Source: Candidatus Woesearchaeota archaeon (GTDB lineage: Archaea; Nanobdellota; Nanobdellia; Woesearchaeales; JAGVYU01). Taken from it: a stretch of DNA of 64,000 nucleotides. Numbering within the stretch: the first letter of the stretch is position 1; each line of letters begins with the position of its first letter. Location: assembly GCA_018303105.1 (NCBI GenBank), contig JAGVYU010000061.1, forward strand, positions 3,109 to 67,108, written 5' to 3'. This document shows positions 55,399 through 63,648 of the stretch, in pieces. The notes below the pieces were generated by a model. The model was not told the origin of the DNA, did no database searches, and saw nothing but the letters and a program-made list of their open reading frames with translations. A program made the position numbers and the translations under genes.

Positions 55399-56196
55399 AT
55401 GATTTTCAACACGTTTCTCTTCCTCAAAGGCATCAGCGCGAGTACGGAGGAGAAGCTCTGGAGCCTTGGCATTCAGGATTGGGAGTGTTTCCTTGCTGCA
55501 CGCACAATTCCCGGGATTTCTCAAAAGCGAAAACAAGCATTTAACGCATGCATCAAAGAGGCGAAACATAACTTATATTCCGGGAACATTGAGTACTTCA
55601 CGGGGCGTTTGCCAGCGGTTGAGCACTGGAGGCTCTATCCCTTCTTTAAAACAGAAGCAGTGTTCTTAGATATAGAAACTTCCGGAGTTGAGGGAGATGC
55701 ATATATCACCGTTATCGGCCTATATGACGGCGAGCGTACGAAGACGATGATTAAAGGTGTCAACTTGGATCCGGGTATATTAAAAAAAGAGTTGCAGCGC
55801 TACAAAATGATTGTAAGTTTTAATGGCAGCGCGTTTGATCTTCCGTACATTGAAAAGCGTTTTCCTGAACTGCTCCCAAAGGCATTACACATGGATTTGA
55901 GGCATCTCTGCGCGCGCATGGGCCTGAAAGGCGGTTTGAAGCAGGTAGAGAGAGAACTCGGCATAAAACGGACGAATCCGATCGTGGAGCGCTTATATGG
56001 GGGAGACGCATTAACCCTCTGGAAAATGTTCAGGGCAACAGGAGATGAGTACTATCTTCACCTGCTTGTGGAATATAATGAAGAAGACTGTGTCAACTTA
56101 CAGATTATCGCGGAAAAAATAATGAAAAAAATTCAAACAAACTTTTATGAGCTTAATGGCAGCATGCTCCCTTTGGCTTGCAGCAGCAGCCGGTGA
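55399..56196 (+). CDS. RNase H-like (DEDD-type) 3'-5' exonuclease of the YprB/PF13482-like family
   Basis: VFLDIETSGVEG is Exo I-like DxE. MIVSFNGSAFDLPYI is Exo II-like. An HLLVEYNEEDCVNL region lies at the C-terminus. Confidence 0.55.
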   Translation: MIFNTFLFLKGISASTEEKLWSLGIQDWECFLAARTIPGISQKRKQAFNACIKEAKHNLYSGNIEYFTGRLPAVEHWRLYPFFKTEAVFLDIETSGVEGDAYITVIGLYDGERTKTMIKGVNLDPGILKKELQRYKMIVSFNGSAFDLPYIEKRFPELLPKALHMDLRHLCARMGLKGGLKQVERELGIKRTNPIVERLYGGDALTLWKMFRATGDEYYLHLLVEYNEEDCVNLQIIAEKIMKKIQTNFYELNGSMLPLACSSSR

Positions 56197-56398
56197 ATGC
56201 AGTTACGAGGACCACTGCTCCTAACACAATTAAGGCTACTTGAGACCATGATGGATTCCACAGAGCGAGTATGATGACAAGCAATCCGAGAATCGCCTGA
56301 CACCAGCAGGCTTTCTTCTTATCCTGACAACATTCATGCATCTTTTCCATTTTCGCTTCAGACTTAGCAGATTTCTTCTTGACCATTGAAATAATCAC
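56153..56398 (-). CDS. Small Cys-rich membrane protein
   Basis: An 81-aa ORF with a basic N-terminus, one to two TM helices, and CCCKPKGACCH at the end. Confidence 0.3.
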   Translation of the reverse strand: MIISMVKKKSAKSEAKMEKMHECCQDKKKACWCQAILGLLVIILALWNPSWSQVALIVLGAVVLVTAFTGCCCKPKGACCH

Positions 56399-56632
56399 CT
56401 CATGAATAAGTTAAGCCTAGGAGTTTATAAAGGTATTGTTAATCTTAGTTAGGTTACCCTCTGACACTCCCAATCCGAAAAAACTCCGGTTTTTCCGTCG
56501 AAAACTATAAATAGCAGGAGGAACTTCTTGAAGGGATGGAACAAGTCGCTCTTCAAAAGTCAAAAGCGGCAAAGTGGCTCTATAAACGCCTTGAGGAATT
56601 CAAAAGGAACGCGCAGGATGAAATGTATGAGC

Positions 56633-56938
56633 TTAAGCATGGCGAATGCGTTCTCGTAAAGCATCGATAAGTTTATTCTGTGCCTTTGAGGAATGTTTCA
56701 TACGAATCTCTAGCAGATAGATAGAATCCCCCTCCACTTGAAAATATATTCTGAGAGGAGGCCGTTTGCACTTTGACTCATAGAGCTGATTATGAGCATC
56801 AAGAAGTTTTCCAGCTCGCGGACCGAGTGCATGTATCCGCAAGAGGTGTTTGCCGATGATCTCTTTGACTGTCGCACTTCTTGAGATTGCTTCCATCTGA
56901 CGCTGGACATGCTTATCGGTATATATCCTGAAAGGCAT
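56633..56938 (-). CDS. RelE/ParE-superfamily toxin-like protein with no recognisable antitoxin partner
   Basis: Size is about 100 aa. LRIYFQVEGDSIYLLEIRMKH resembles the conserved beta-strand core of RelE/ParE/HigB. No upstream antitoxin-sized ORF lies on the same strand. Confidence 0.45.
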   Translation of the reverse strand: MPFRIYTDKHVQRQMEAISRSATVKEIIGKHLLRIHALGPRAGKLLDAHNQLYESKCKRPPLRIYFQVEGDSIYLLEIRMKHSSKAQNKLIDALRERIRHA

Positions 56939-56999
56939 GTATTATTCTGAAAAACCCCTTGCTAAAATTGCTTAACTCTGTAGTACAGAAAAATCTCCA

Positions 57000-57860
57000 A
57001 TGGAATTGAAGAATCACCGGATACTTCGGAAATATAATGATATTTTTGAATTTATTCGAAAGTGCAATAAGAAAATCGCAGGTTTTGCTATGGCTGTTTT
57101 CACAGTATCCGAAACATATATATACAACGCTCTTAGAATTTTCTCAGGTGAGGATATGGCATTGCAACTGAAGAAAATACCGAAAAACCCGATTATTATC
57201 GAAGGATTCCCGGGATTTGGCCTTGTTGGCACGATCACGACGGAATTTCTCATGGATCATCTTAAAGTCGAAAAGATTGGAAAGATCACGTTTGACAACA
57301 TGCCTGCGATAGCGGCCGTGCATGAGGGCAAGCTTGTGGAGCCCATGGGAATCTTCTATAACAGCGATCATAATCTCGTGCTTGTGCACAGCATTCACGC
57401 TGCCCAGGGCAGCGAATGGGTAATGGCTGAGTCTATTGCGGAGCTCGCAAAAAAAGTCAGCGCGAAAGAAATCATCAGCATTGAGGGTGTAGGCACAGCA
57501 AATGCGACAGGTGAGAGAACTTTCTATTTTACGAAGAATCCTGAGTTGGAGAAGAAGCTCAAAGCGATTACGCAGCCTTTGAGGGAAGGGATTATTATGG
57601 GCGTAACAGGAGCTGTTTTGCTCCATGTGGATAAAGTGCCCATAAGCTGCCTTTTCGCCGAAACTACGGCAGAGATGCCTGACAGCAAGGCAGCTGCACG
57701 CATTATAGGGCTTCTTGACAAGTATCTTGGACTTAAGATAGATACTGGGCCATTGTTGAAACAGGCAGAGCAGTTTGAGGCGAAGCTTAAGGGAATACTC
57801 TCACAAAGCAAGCAAGTTGAGGAAATTAGCGAAAAAAAGAAGATGAGCTATGTAGGTTAA
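57000..57860 (+). CDS. PAC2-family protein (proteasome assembly chaperone-like). The true start is probably an internal Met.
   Basis: PIIIEGFPGFGLVGTITTEFL is the PAC2 hallmark G.PG.G.VG. A hydrophobic-Tyr near the C-terminus (SYVG) is weakly reminiscent of HbYX. Confidence 0.5.
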   Translation: MELKNHRILRKYNDIFEFIRKCNKKIAGFAMAVFTVSETYIYNALRIFSGEDMALQLKKIPKNPIIIEGFPGFGLVGTITTEFLMDHLKVEKIGKITFDNMPAIAAVHEGKLVEPMGIFYNSDHNLVLVHSIHAAQGSEWVMAESIAELAKKVSAKEIISIEGVGTANATGERTFYFTKNPELEKKLKAITQPLREGIIMGVTGAVLLHVDKVPISCLFAETTAEMPDSKAAARIIGLLDKYLGLKIDTGPLLKQAEQFEAKLKGILSQSKQVEEISEKKKMSYVG

Positions 57861-58497
57861 TTTTCTATTAAGCTTATTTTTTGTTTTAATAATGGCTATT
57901 AGCAAGTTTCTTATTATTTATTCATGGTGCCTAACTTCGCATATTGGCTCACTTTTCATATTGGGATATGCAAGACTGCTGCGTATGCTGAGAATCGCAG
58001 ATTGTTTGTCTTCAAATATTTTTTTACGCTAGTTATTAGTAAAACATGATTTTGGCATCGGGCATAATATCACTAGTTATTAGTATAAGATACCCAATAA
58101 ACTTTTCCACTAATTGTTATAGGAATTGTTCTTGATATATTCGATATTGTGCTTCTAATTTGATTCTGCTTTAAACTAGTTTTTGCTCTCACTTTTTATG
58201 CGTAAACAGCAAATTCAAACAATTGTTTTCATTATTGTAATTTATTAAATTATTTGTAGAAGAATTAGTAATAGATTATTTAAGTTATGATTAAAATATT
58301 TAGACTATTATATTTTTGAAAATTCCCTTTTTTAAGGCACATTGTATGCACATCCATGTCCAGAGTCACTTGGCTTCAAAATGTGGTTTATCGTCGACAA
58401 AAGGCACTGCCCAAAAAGCTTAAATAGGAGAAAGAATCAGCAGGCATTGGTAAGTACAAGTATTCTTGAGTGATTAACCATGAGGTGAGTTAAGTTG

Positions 58498-58980
58498 ATG
58501 AGTACTAATCCATTCGAGCCGCAAAGTGCACTAGCTAGGGAAATGTCCCGCCTGAGCCCTGTAGGAACTGTTTCAGGTGCAGCACAACCATCCGCCCAAA
58601 ATACGCTGGGATCGTCAAAGGATGCTGCGCAAAATCCGAACATTGGTCTCCTCGTAACGAGGATAAACGTTCTCGAGATGAAAATGCAGGAAATCCTCAT
58701 GAAAGCGCAGCAGCAGGAACAGGCGTTTCAGAGAAAGCTAGGGGAAGTGGAAACAATGCTACAGGCTGTCCAGAATATCCAGGACCAGCCTCAGAGGATT
58801 GAGATAAGCGCGGCAGCGCCTCCACAAGCAGCTCCGGCATCAGCAGTTACTGTTATGCCTCCCCCTCCAAAGACAACGGAAGGCGCCCAAATGCAGGGAA
58901 GGCCGCAGCGTGACCAAATGGATCCAAACCTGTTCAGCATAAACAAATTCTTCCACGCATCAAACATGAAGAAGAAGTAA
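58498..58980 (+). CDS. Hypothetical Q/P-rich protein with a central coiled coil
   Basis: ORF following a 600-bp AT-rich non-coding block. It is low-complexity, and INVLEMKMQEILMKAQQQEQAFQRKLGEVETMLQAVQNIQ is heptad-like. Confidence 0.35.
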   Translation: MSTNPFEPQSALAREMSRLSPVGTVSGAAQPSAQNTLGSSKDAAQNPNIGLLVTRINVLEMKMQEILMKAQQQEQAFQRKLGEVETMLQAVQNIQDQPQRIEISAAAPPQAAPASAVTVMPPPPKTTEGAQMQGRPQRDQMDPNLFSINKFFHASNMKKK

Positions 58981-59014
58981 CATATATTGTGTTTTTTGTT
59001 AAAAATTAAAAATA

Positions 59015-59110
59015 TGGTAAAACGCAACATAACTACCACTTTTGTTGCGTTTTTAGGGGGTTTTTTGGCAGAAACGCAACATATATATACAAGTGTTGCG
59101 TAAATTGTTG
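59015..59110. promoter_or_regulatory. Inverted-repeat cluster (AACGCAACA / TGTTGCGTT) immediately upstream of the recombinase gene
   Basis: IR1 is AACGCAACA (59021-59029) paired with TGTTGCGTT (59043-59051). IR2 is AACGCAAC (59073-59080) paired with GTTGCG (59095-59100). A further half-site TTGTTGC is at about 59106. Confidence 0.45.
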
Positions 59111-59137
59111 CTATGCAAGATATAGTTTCCAGCATAT

Positions 59138-59806
59138 ATGTGGGTTGTTTTCATGGCTAGAACGTATAATGAGTATTATCTCGGATGGCAGGAGATTAAC
59201 AGGATCATAGCCTGTGCCAAGAACCTCAAAGAGCGGGTAATTCTAAAGATTCTGGCGAGAACAGGCATGCGAAGATTCGAGCTTGCAAATCTTCGCGTAA
59301 AAGACGTCGATTTTGACCGCAAGCGCATCTATATCAGCAAGGGAAAAGGAGGAACTGACGAGGATCCAAAATCGAGGATCGTTCCTATCGACGATGACAC
59401 CCTTCAAGATATCAAGTTTTATCTCGAAGGACGCCGGGCCGGAATATTGATCCAGAGCAATAAAAAAGCGCATGACGGCATCTCTTTATCCGCAATAAAC
59501 AGGATTACCGAAGGGGCTGCTGAACGGGCAGGAATCCGGAATCCTAATCCAAAGCTTAAGCATCTCAATCCCCATATCTTCAGGCACAGTTTCTCACGGC
59601 TCAGCCTCATGGAGGGCATTCCCTTCAACATTGTGCAGAAAATTGTTGGACACGCCGATGCGCGAACAACGCTGCAAATGTACGGAGTACCGTCGATAAA
59701 TGACGCTCAGCATATGTACAACGAAAAGCTGACTATGCGCTTTCACCAAAAAGTGAGCCTTGAGGAAGATAACAAGCTTTCAAAATTTACGTCTGACAGA
59801 TCGTAA
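59138..59806 (+). CDS. Minimal tyrosine recombinase/integrase (catalytic domain only)
   Basis: The catalytic residues are R in TGMRRFEL, K in ISKGKGG, HxxR in HIFRHSF, the second R in HADARTT, and the nucleophile Y in LQMYG. No N-terminal SAM-like core-binding domain is present. Confidence 0.8.
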   Translation: MWVVFMARTYNEYYLGWQEINRIIACAKNLKERVILKILARTGMRRFELANLRVKDVDFDRKRIYISKGKGGTDEDPKSRIVPIDDDTLQDIKFYLEGRRAGILIQSNKKAHDGISLSAINRITEGAAERAGIRNPNPKLKHLNPHIFRHSFSRLSLMEGIPFNIVQKIVGHADARTTLQMYGVPSINDAQHMYNEKLTMRFHQKVSLEEDNKLSKFTSDRS

Positions 59807-59882
59807 TCCTGTTTTCTTACTAGTAATTAAGAGAAAGTAGCTAAATGCATATTATAATAAATGCTTAAATATTTTAATAATA

Positions 59883-60434
59883 TTATCCCCAGTTTTGAAT
59901 GTTCTGCTGCTCAATATGTAAGAGATTAGACTTTGCCTGGACGGTCTTAAAATCTCGATCCAGACAGAAATAGACCGTATTACGCGTATATTTTTTCAAA
60001 ATAGGGATTCCTTTTCGCATGAGGTTGCCAATATAATCCTGAGCGGTTTTATCCGTAACGCCCAGCCCACGAGCAAGATCGTGATAAGTGAGAGTTCCCT
60101 TTGCTTCTTCCAATGCGTACAAAACCATGAAGATTTCCTTCTCCTGCTTGGAAAGCGGCTCAATATTGTATCTGGGAGCATTTTCTGGGACAAAAGTATG
60201 ATTCTTTTCAAGAAATATCTGTATTTTATCAATTCTTTCAGCTAATTTATCTAATTTTTGCTCTATTTGAGAAAAAAGCTCAAAATTCGCCTGTATTTCA
60301 TTAGTGTTCTCATTAATGGCATTTAAATGATCATCAAATTGTTCCTGAATACTTTCAAGAGCACGCTTCAGCTGCTGCGCAGCATCATTCACGGCGTCGT
60401 GATCTAAAACCTCTTTCCTTGAAATATTAAACAA
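59883..60434 (-). CDS. Coiled-coil protein with a C-terminal winged helix-turn-helix (putative regulator)
   Basis: N-terminal heptads are followed by TLTYHDLARGLGVTDKTAQDYIGNLMRKGIPILKK, read as helix-turn-helix plus wing. Confidence 0.45.
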   Translation of the reverse strand: MFNISRKEVLDHDAVNDAAQQLKRALESIQEQFDDHLNAINENTNEIQANFELFSQIEQKLDKLAERIDKIQIFLEKNHTFVPENAPRYNIEPLSKQEKEIFMVLYALEEAKGTLTYHDLARGLGVTDKTAQDYIGNLMRKGIPILKKYTRNTVYFCLDRDFKTVQAKSNLLHIEQQNIQNWG

Positions 60435-60524
60435 TGAAATCTTACCACCCCAACACTCTAAGCGCTTCTAAAATTCGCTGGTTTATATAGTTTTTGAAAT
60501 AAAGAGGAATTTCATTAATACTGG

Positions 60525-61310
60525 CTATTGGGCATGTTTAATGAGCTTATAGAAGTAAAGTTTTTCCTTCCCCTGTTTAACAACCTCGATTTCTTCCAAG
60601 GCCTCAAGCTCATCTAGAATGCGATAAAAGGAGCTTTTAGACGCTATTCCCTGTTCCTCAACGATCATTTCCCTTAATTTGAGGGCGGAAATTTGCTCAT
60701 ACTTGCGGATATATGAAACCAAGAGGTTTTTGACATACTCCTTTGACCTCTGTGTAATTTTTTTGATAAGTCTCTCCCGCAGGGGCATTCTTTTAGGTAT
60801 TGTGGTTTTTTCAATTTGATCAACTTTCTGCCGCAACTCTTTGATCTCGCTCAGATACCCAATCTGAGCTGCCATACCAAATTGATTGTGTGTGCCGAAT
60901 TTTTCAAGTTTAGCATTTATACTAATTACTTCAGAATCGATTTCCTTAATTTTCCTAAGCTCTTTTTCGTTCGAATAATAATAATCAACCAGTTGTTTTA
61001 GCTGAGATTGCATGTGAGGAATTTCGCGAACTAATTTGCGCAGATCCTCAATCTCACTTCTGACTTTTCTTACTTCATTTGCATGCTCTCCGATCTGAAT
61101 TTTTGCATGATTGATCAACGCTTCCTGTGATGAAAGTTTTGAAGCGCTTGATTGAACGGATTCTATCAGCATGCCTTGGTTATCATACAGCAGCTGCATC
61201 CAGGAAGCGACGCTCTGAACGTCTTGCTTCACATTCGCAAATGCGAGTTGAAGAGACTGCTGCATAGCGCGCAGTTCCTGAGCCTCTCTTTTTTTTGAAA
61301 ATAATAGCAT
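60525..61310 (-). CDS. Coiled-coil protein with a C-terminal winged helix-turn-helix (paralogous architecture)
   Basis: About 180 aa of coiled coil are followed by SKSSFYRILDELEALEEIEVVKQGKEKLYFYKL. The start codon abuts the iteron array. Confidence 0.45.
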   Translation of the reverse strand: MLLFSKKREAQELRAMQQSLQLAFANVKQDVQSVASWMQLLYDNQGMLIESVQSSASKLSSQEALINHAKIQIGEHANEVRKVRSEIEDLRKLVREIPHMQSQLKQLVDYYYSNEKELRKIKEIDSEVISINAKLEKFGTHNQFGMAAQIGYLSEIKELRQKVDQIEKTTIPKRMPLRERLIKKITQRSKEYVKNLLVSYIRKYEQISALKLREMIVEEQGIASKSSFYRILDELEALEEIEVVKQGKEKLYFYKLIKHAQ

Positions 61311-61640
61311 TTTTTCTCATTCCCAGTGTCATTTTGGGAATATTATGGGACTATTCTAGGACTATTCTGGGAATGTCTTTTACGTCAATAAATCAAGGTT
61401 GTTTATATACTTTTTGGGAATGTTATGGGAAATTCCTGGGAATATCATGGGAATGAGCCAGTGAATACGGTTTTCCCAATGAGATTAGACGACGTAAGAT
61501 CCCTTGTTCTTTGTTCTTAATCCCATTGGGAATGTGCTGGGAATGAGGCTTATCGACGAGGAATTACGTGCAATCACGCTGTAAACAGCGTTGGGAATGA
61601 AACTGGGAATGATAAGTATCGACGAGCTTATCAGTTTTAA
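61305..61640. repeat. Iteron array: at least 13 copies of (C/T)TGGGAAT(G/A) in both orientations with about 10-11 bp phasing, plus two copies of a TATCGACGAG...GTGCAATCACG module
   Basis: Examples are cattcccag (61309), ttgggaatatt / atgggactatt / ctaggactatt / ctgggaatgtc spaced 10-11 nt apart (61334-61366), and ttgggaatgtt / atgggaaattc / ctgggaatatc / atgggaatgag (61403-61446). Further copies are ttcccaatgag (61453), cccattgggaatgtgctgggaatgagg (61513-61538), and ttgggaatgaaactgggaatgataag (61581-61604). TATCGACGAG occurs at about 61542 and 61607, and TGCAATCACG at about 61560 and 61645. Confidence 0.65.
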
Positions 61641-62147
61641 TGGCGCAAGCATGTGCAATCACGAGGAAGGGAAAAATACGAGGGGGAACCTTCTGATTAA
61701 TCAACCAGAGACATATATGCACAAAAATGTGCAAGATATGGATTTGTTTACTATTTCTAAAATAACGGTGGGAAGATGACGCGCGTGTGAAATTTATGCT
61801 TTGAAACTTTAAGAGTATGTGCGTTACGTAGATCATAATGTCATCAGCTAAATTGAACTCTTGAATGCTTTTAATCCATTGAGTATACGAAACTATTTAA
61901 AGGGGGATATGGCTGTTTTTAAGGAGTGTGTGGTGGAAAAGTGAGTGCAACAGCCATAAGAAAGGAGAAGGACAGAAGCGCAATAATTGCTTTTAATACC
62001 GATTCTACTAATGATTATATAATGGGATCAAGAAAGGTTATATCTTTGAGTACAAAAAGTGAGAGTACATGCTGGGTGCTTTGCAATGAAGAGCCATGGA
62101 AACATTAAGCGATATGGCACAGAGAGTTATACTAATATTTAGCAGAA

Positions 62148-62792
62148 GTGAATGTGATGGATCAAAAAACCATGTCAAAAGGGGCTTTGGCAATAGCTCT
62201 AAGTAAACTAGATGTTTTTCCCGAAGCAAAAGTGAGAGTTGAGCAATACCCCACAGACCCTGAAGTTGCCGCTGAAGTGCTCTGGGATGCCCATATTGCC
62301 GGGGACATGGAAAACAAGGCGATATTGGACCTCGGAGCCGGAACGGGCATCCTAGGCCTTGGCTGCCTCCTTTTGGGAGCTCGAAAAGTGACATTCATCG
62401 ACGCTGATCAAGCGGCTCTGGCCATCGCTGAAAAGAACTATGCTAAGCTCAAAAGTGAGATTTCAGGAAAAGCTGCCTTTGTTGCGATGGATATCCACAA
62501 ATTCCAAGAGGCTGCAGACGTCGTCGTCGAGAACCCGCCCTTCGGCACAAAGACAAAGCACGCTGACAGGGAGTTTCTGGAGAAAGCATTCACATTGGCT
62601 CCCGTGATTTACACGTTTCATAAGGCATCAACAAGCGCGTTTATCAATCAGCTCGCTACGCAGAGAGGGTTTAACGTCGAGAAAACACAGCGTTTTGCGT
62701 TTCCGCTCAAAAGGACAATGCCGTTCCACGCCAAGAATATCAAGAGGATCTCCGTGGACTGCTTCCGATTACGGAAACCACAACGCTTTTAA
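62148..62792 (+). CDS. METTL5-like putative rRNA/RNA N6-adenine methyltransferase (COG2263 type)
   Basis: Motif I is ILDLGAGTGILGLG. The NPPF catalytic motif is VVENPPFGTK. Confidence 0.7.
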   Translation: MNVMDQKTMSKGALAIALSKLDVFPEAKVRVEQYPTDPEVAAEVLWDAHIAGDMENKAILDLGAGTGILGLGCLLLGARKVTFIDADQAALAIAEKNYAKLKSEISGKAAFVAMDIHKFQEAADVVVENPPFGTKTKHADREFLEKAFTLAPVIYTFHKASTSAFINQLATQRGFNVEKTQRFAFPLKRTMPFHAKNIKRISVDCFRLRKPQRF

Positions 62793-62815
62793 ACATTTAG
62801 CAGTTTCCTCAAATA

Positions 62816-63094
62816 ATGGAGCTTAAAGTTCTCGAGGAATCTAAAACAAAGCTACACCTTGAAATTCAAGGGTTAGGGCATGGATTCTGCAACATTCTCA
62901 AGCAGGAGCTGTGGAATGATGAGCATATAAAAATCAGCGCGTACTCATTAAAACATCCACTGGTTGGTCATCCTATGCTCATCGTGGAGACGGATACGAA
63001 AAAATCTCCGCGTGACGCTATCGAAGATGCGATTAAACGCCTTCAGAAGACGAATGAAAAAACGTCCAAGGAATTTGACAAAGCGTTTAAGTGA
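62816..63094 (+). CDS. rpoL: DNA-directed RNA polymerase subunit L (Rpb11 homologue)
   Basis: MELKVLEESKTKLHLEIQGLGHGFCNILKQEL...HPLVGHPMLIVETD is the RpoL alpha-motif dimerisation fold. Confidence 0.75.
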   Translation: MELKVLEESKTKLHLEIQGLGHGFCNILKQELWNDEHIKISAYSLKHPLVGHPMLIVETDTKKSPRDAIEDAIKRLQKTNEKTSKEFDKAFK

Positions 63095-63175
63095 TACTAT
63101 AACCCCCTTTTTCTATGCTTATAGCCCGTATTGGTATGCAAACGTATATTAATCACATAGTGCCTAACCGCATAT

Positions 63176-63625
63176 ATGTTCATTCGTGTAAAACGTATAA
63201 AGAAACAAGAATATGCGTACCTCGTAAAAAACATGTGGATAAAAGGCAACGTCAAACAGCGTGTAGTAAAGTACTTAGGCAAACTCATGCGAACGCCAAG
63301 CGAACACACGTGCACATTTCAAGAATTCCATCACATACAAAATCTCTCAGACTACGTTGAGCGCACGTCCCGCTTAAAAATCCTCCAGGATATAAAAAAA
63401 TGGGAAATCGCAGCACATGGAATCACCTCTCATCGTGGACAGGTGTATGCTCTTCATGACGGATATGTGTGCGAATATACGTTCCGCAAGCTCGCACAAT
63501 TCCAGCCCGGAGAAGATGATCGCGCATCCGGACTTCAGCTTGCCCAGCTTTTCGTACATGCGGGCTTTCGTATACCTCAAGACCTCTTTGTTTTGTATTT
63601 CCAGAAGCTGACAAAAGATATTTAA
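63176..63625 (+). CDS. Hypothetical protein
   Basis: A 149-aa ORF with a basic N-terminus. No motif recognised. Confidence 0.3.
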   Translation: MFIRVKRIKKQEYAYLVKNMWIKGNVKQRVVKYLGKLMRTPSEHTCTFQEFHHIQNLSDYVERTSRLKILQDIKKWEIAAHGITSHRGQVYALHDGYVCEYTFRKLAQFQPGEDDRASGLQLAQLFVHAGFRIPQDLFVLYFQKLTKDI

Positions 63626-63648
63626 AACAGCTCACGATTCGCAACGCT

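Noticed and set aside
56536-56670. A 44-aa plus-strand ORF convergent with, and overlapping, the RelE-like gene as a possible antitoxin
   Set aside because: It sits on the wrong strand and in the wrong position for a type II antitoxin, because antitoxins are normally upstream and co-directional with the toxin. It also has no DNA-binding motif.
61305-61640. CRISPR array
   Set aside because: The repeats are 8-9 bp and spaced at 10-11 bp with no 25-40 bp unique spacers, and both orientations occur. This is an iteron or operator architecture, not CRISPR. No cas genes are present in the window.
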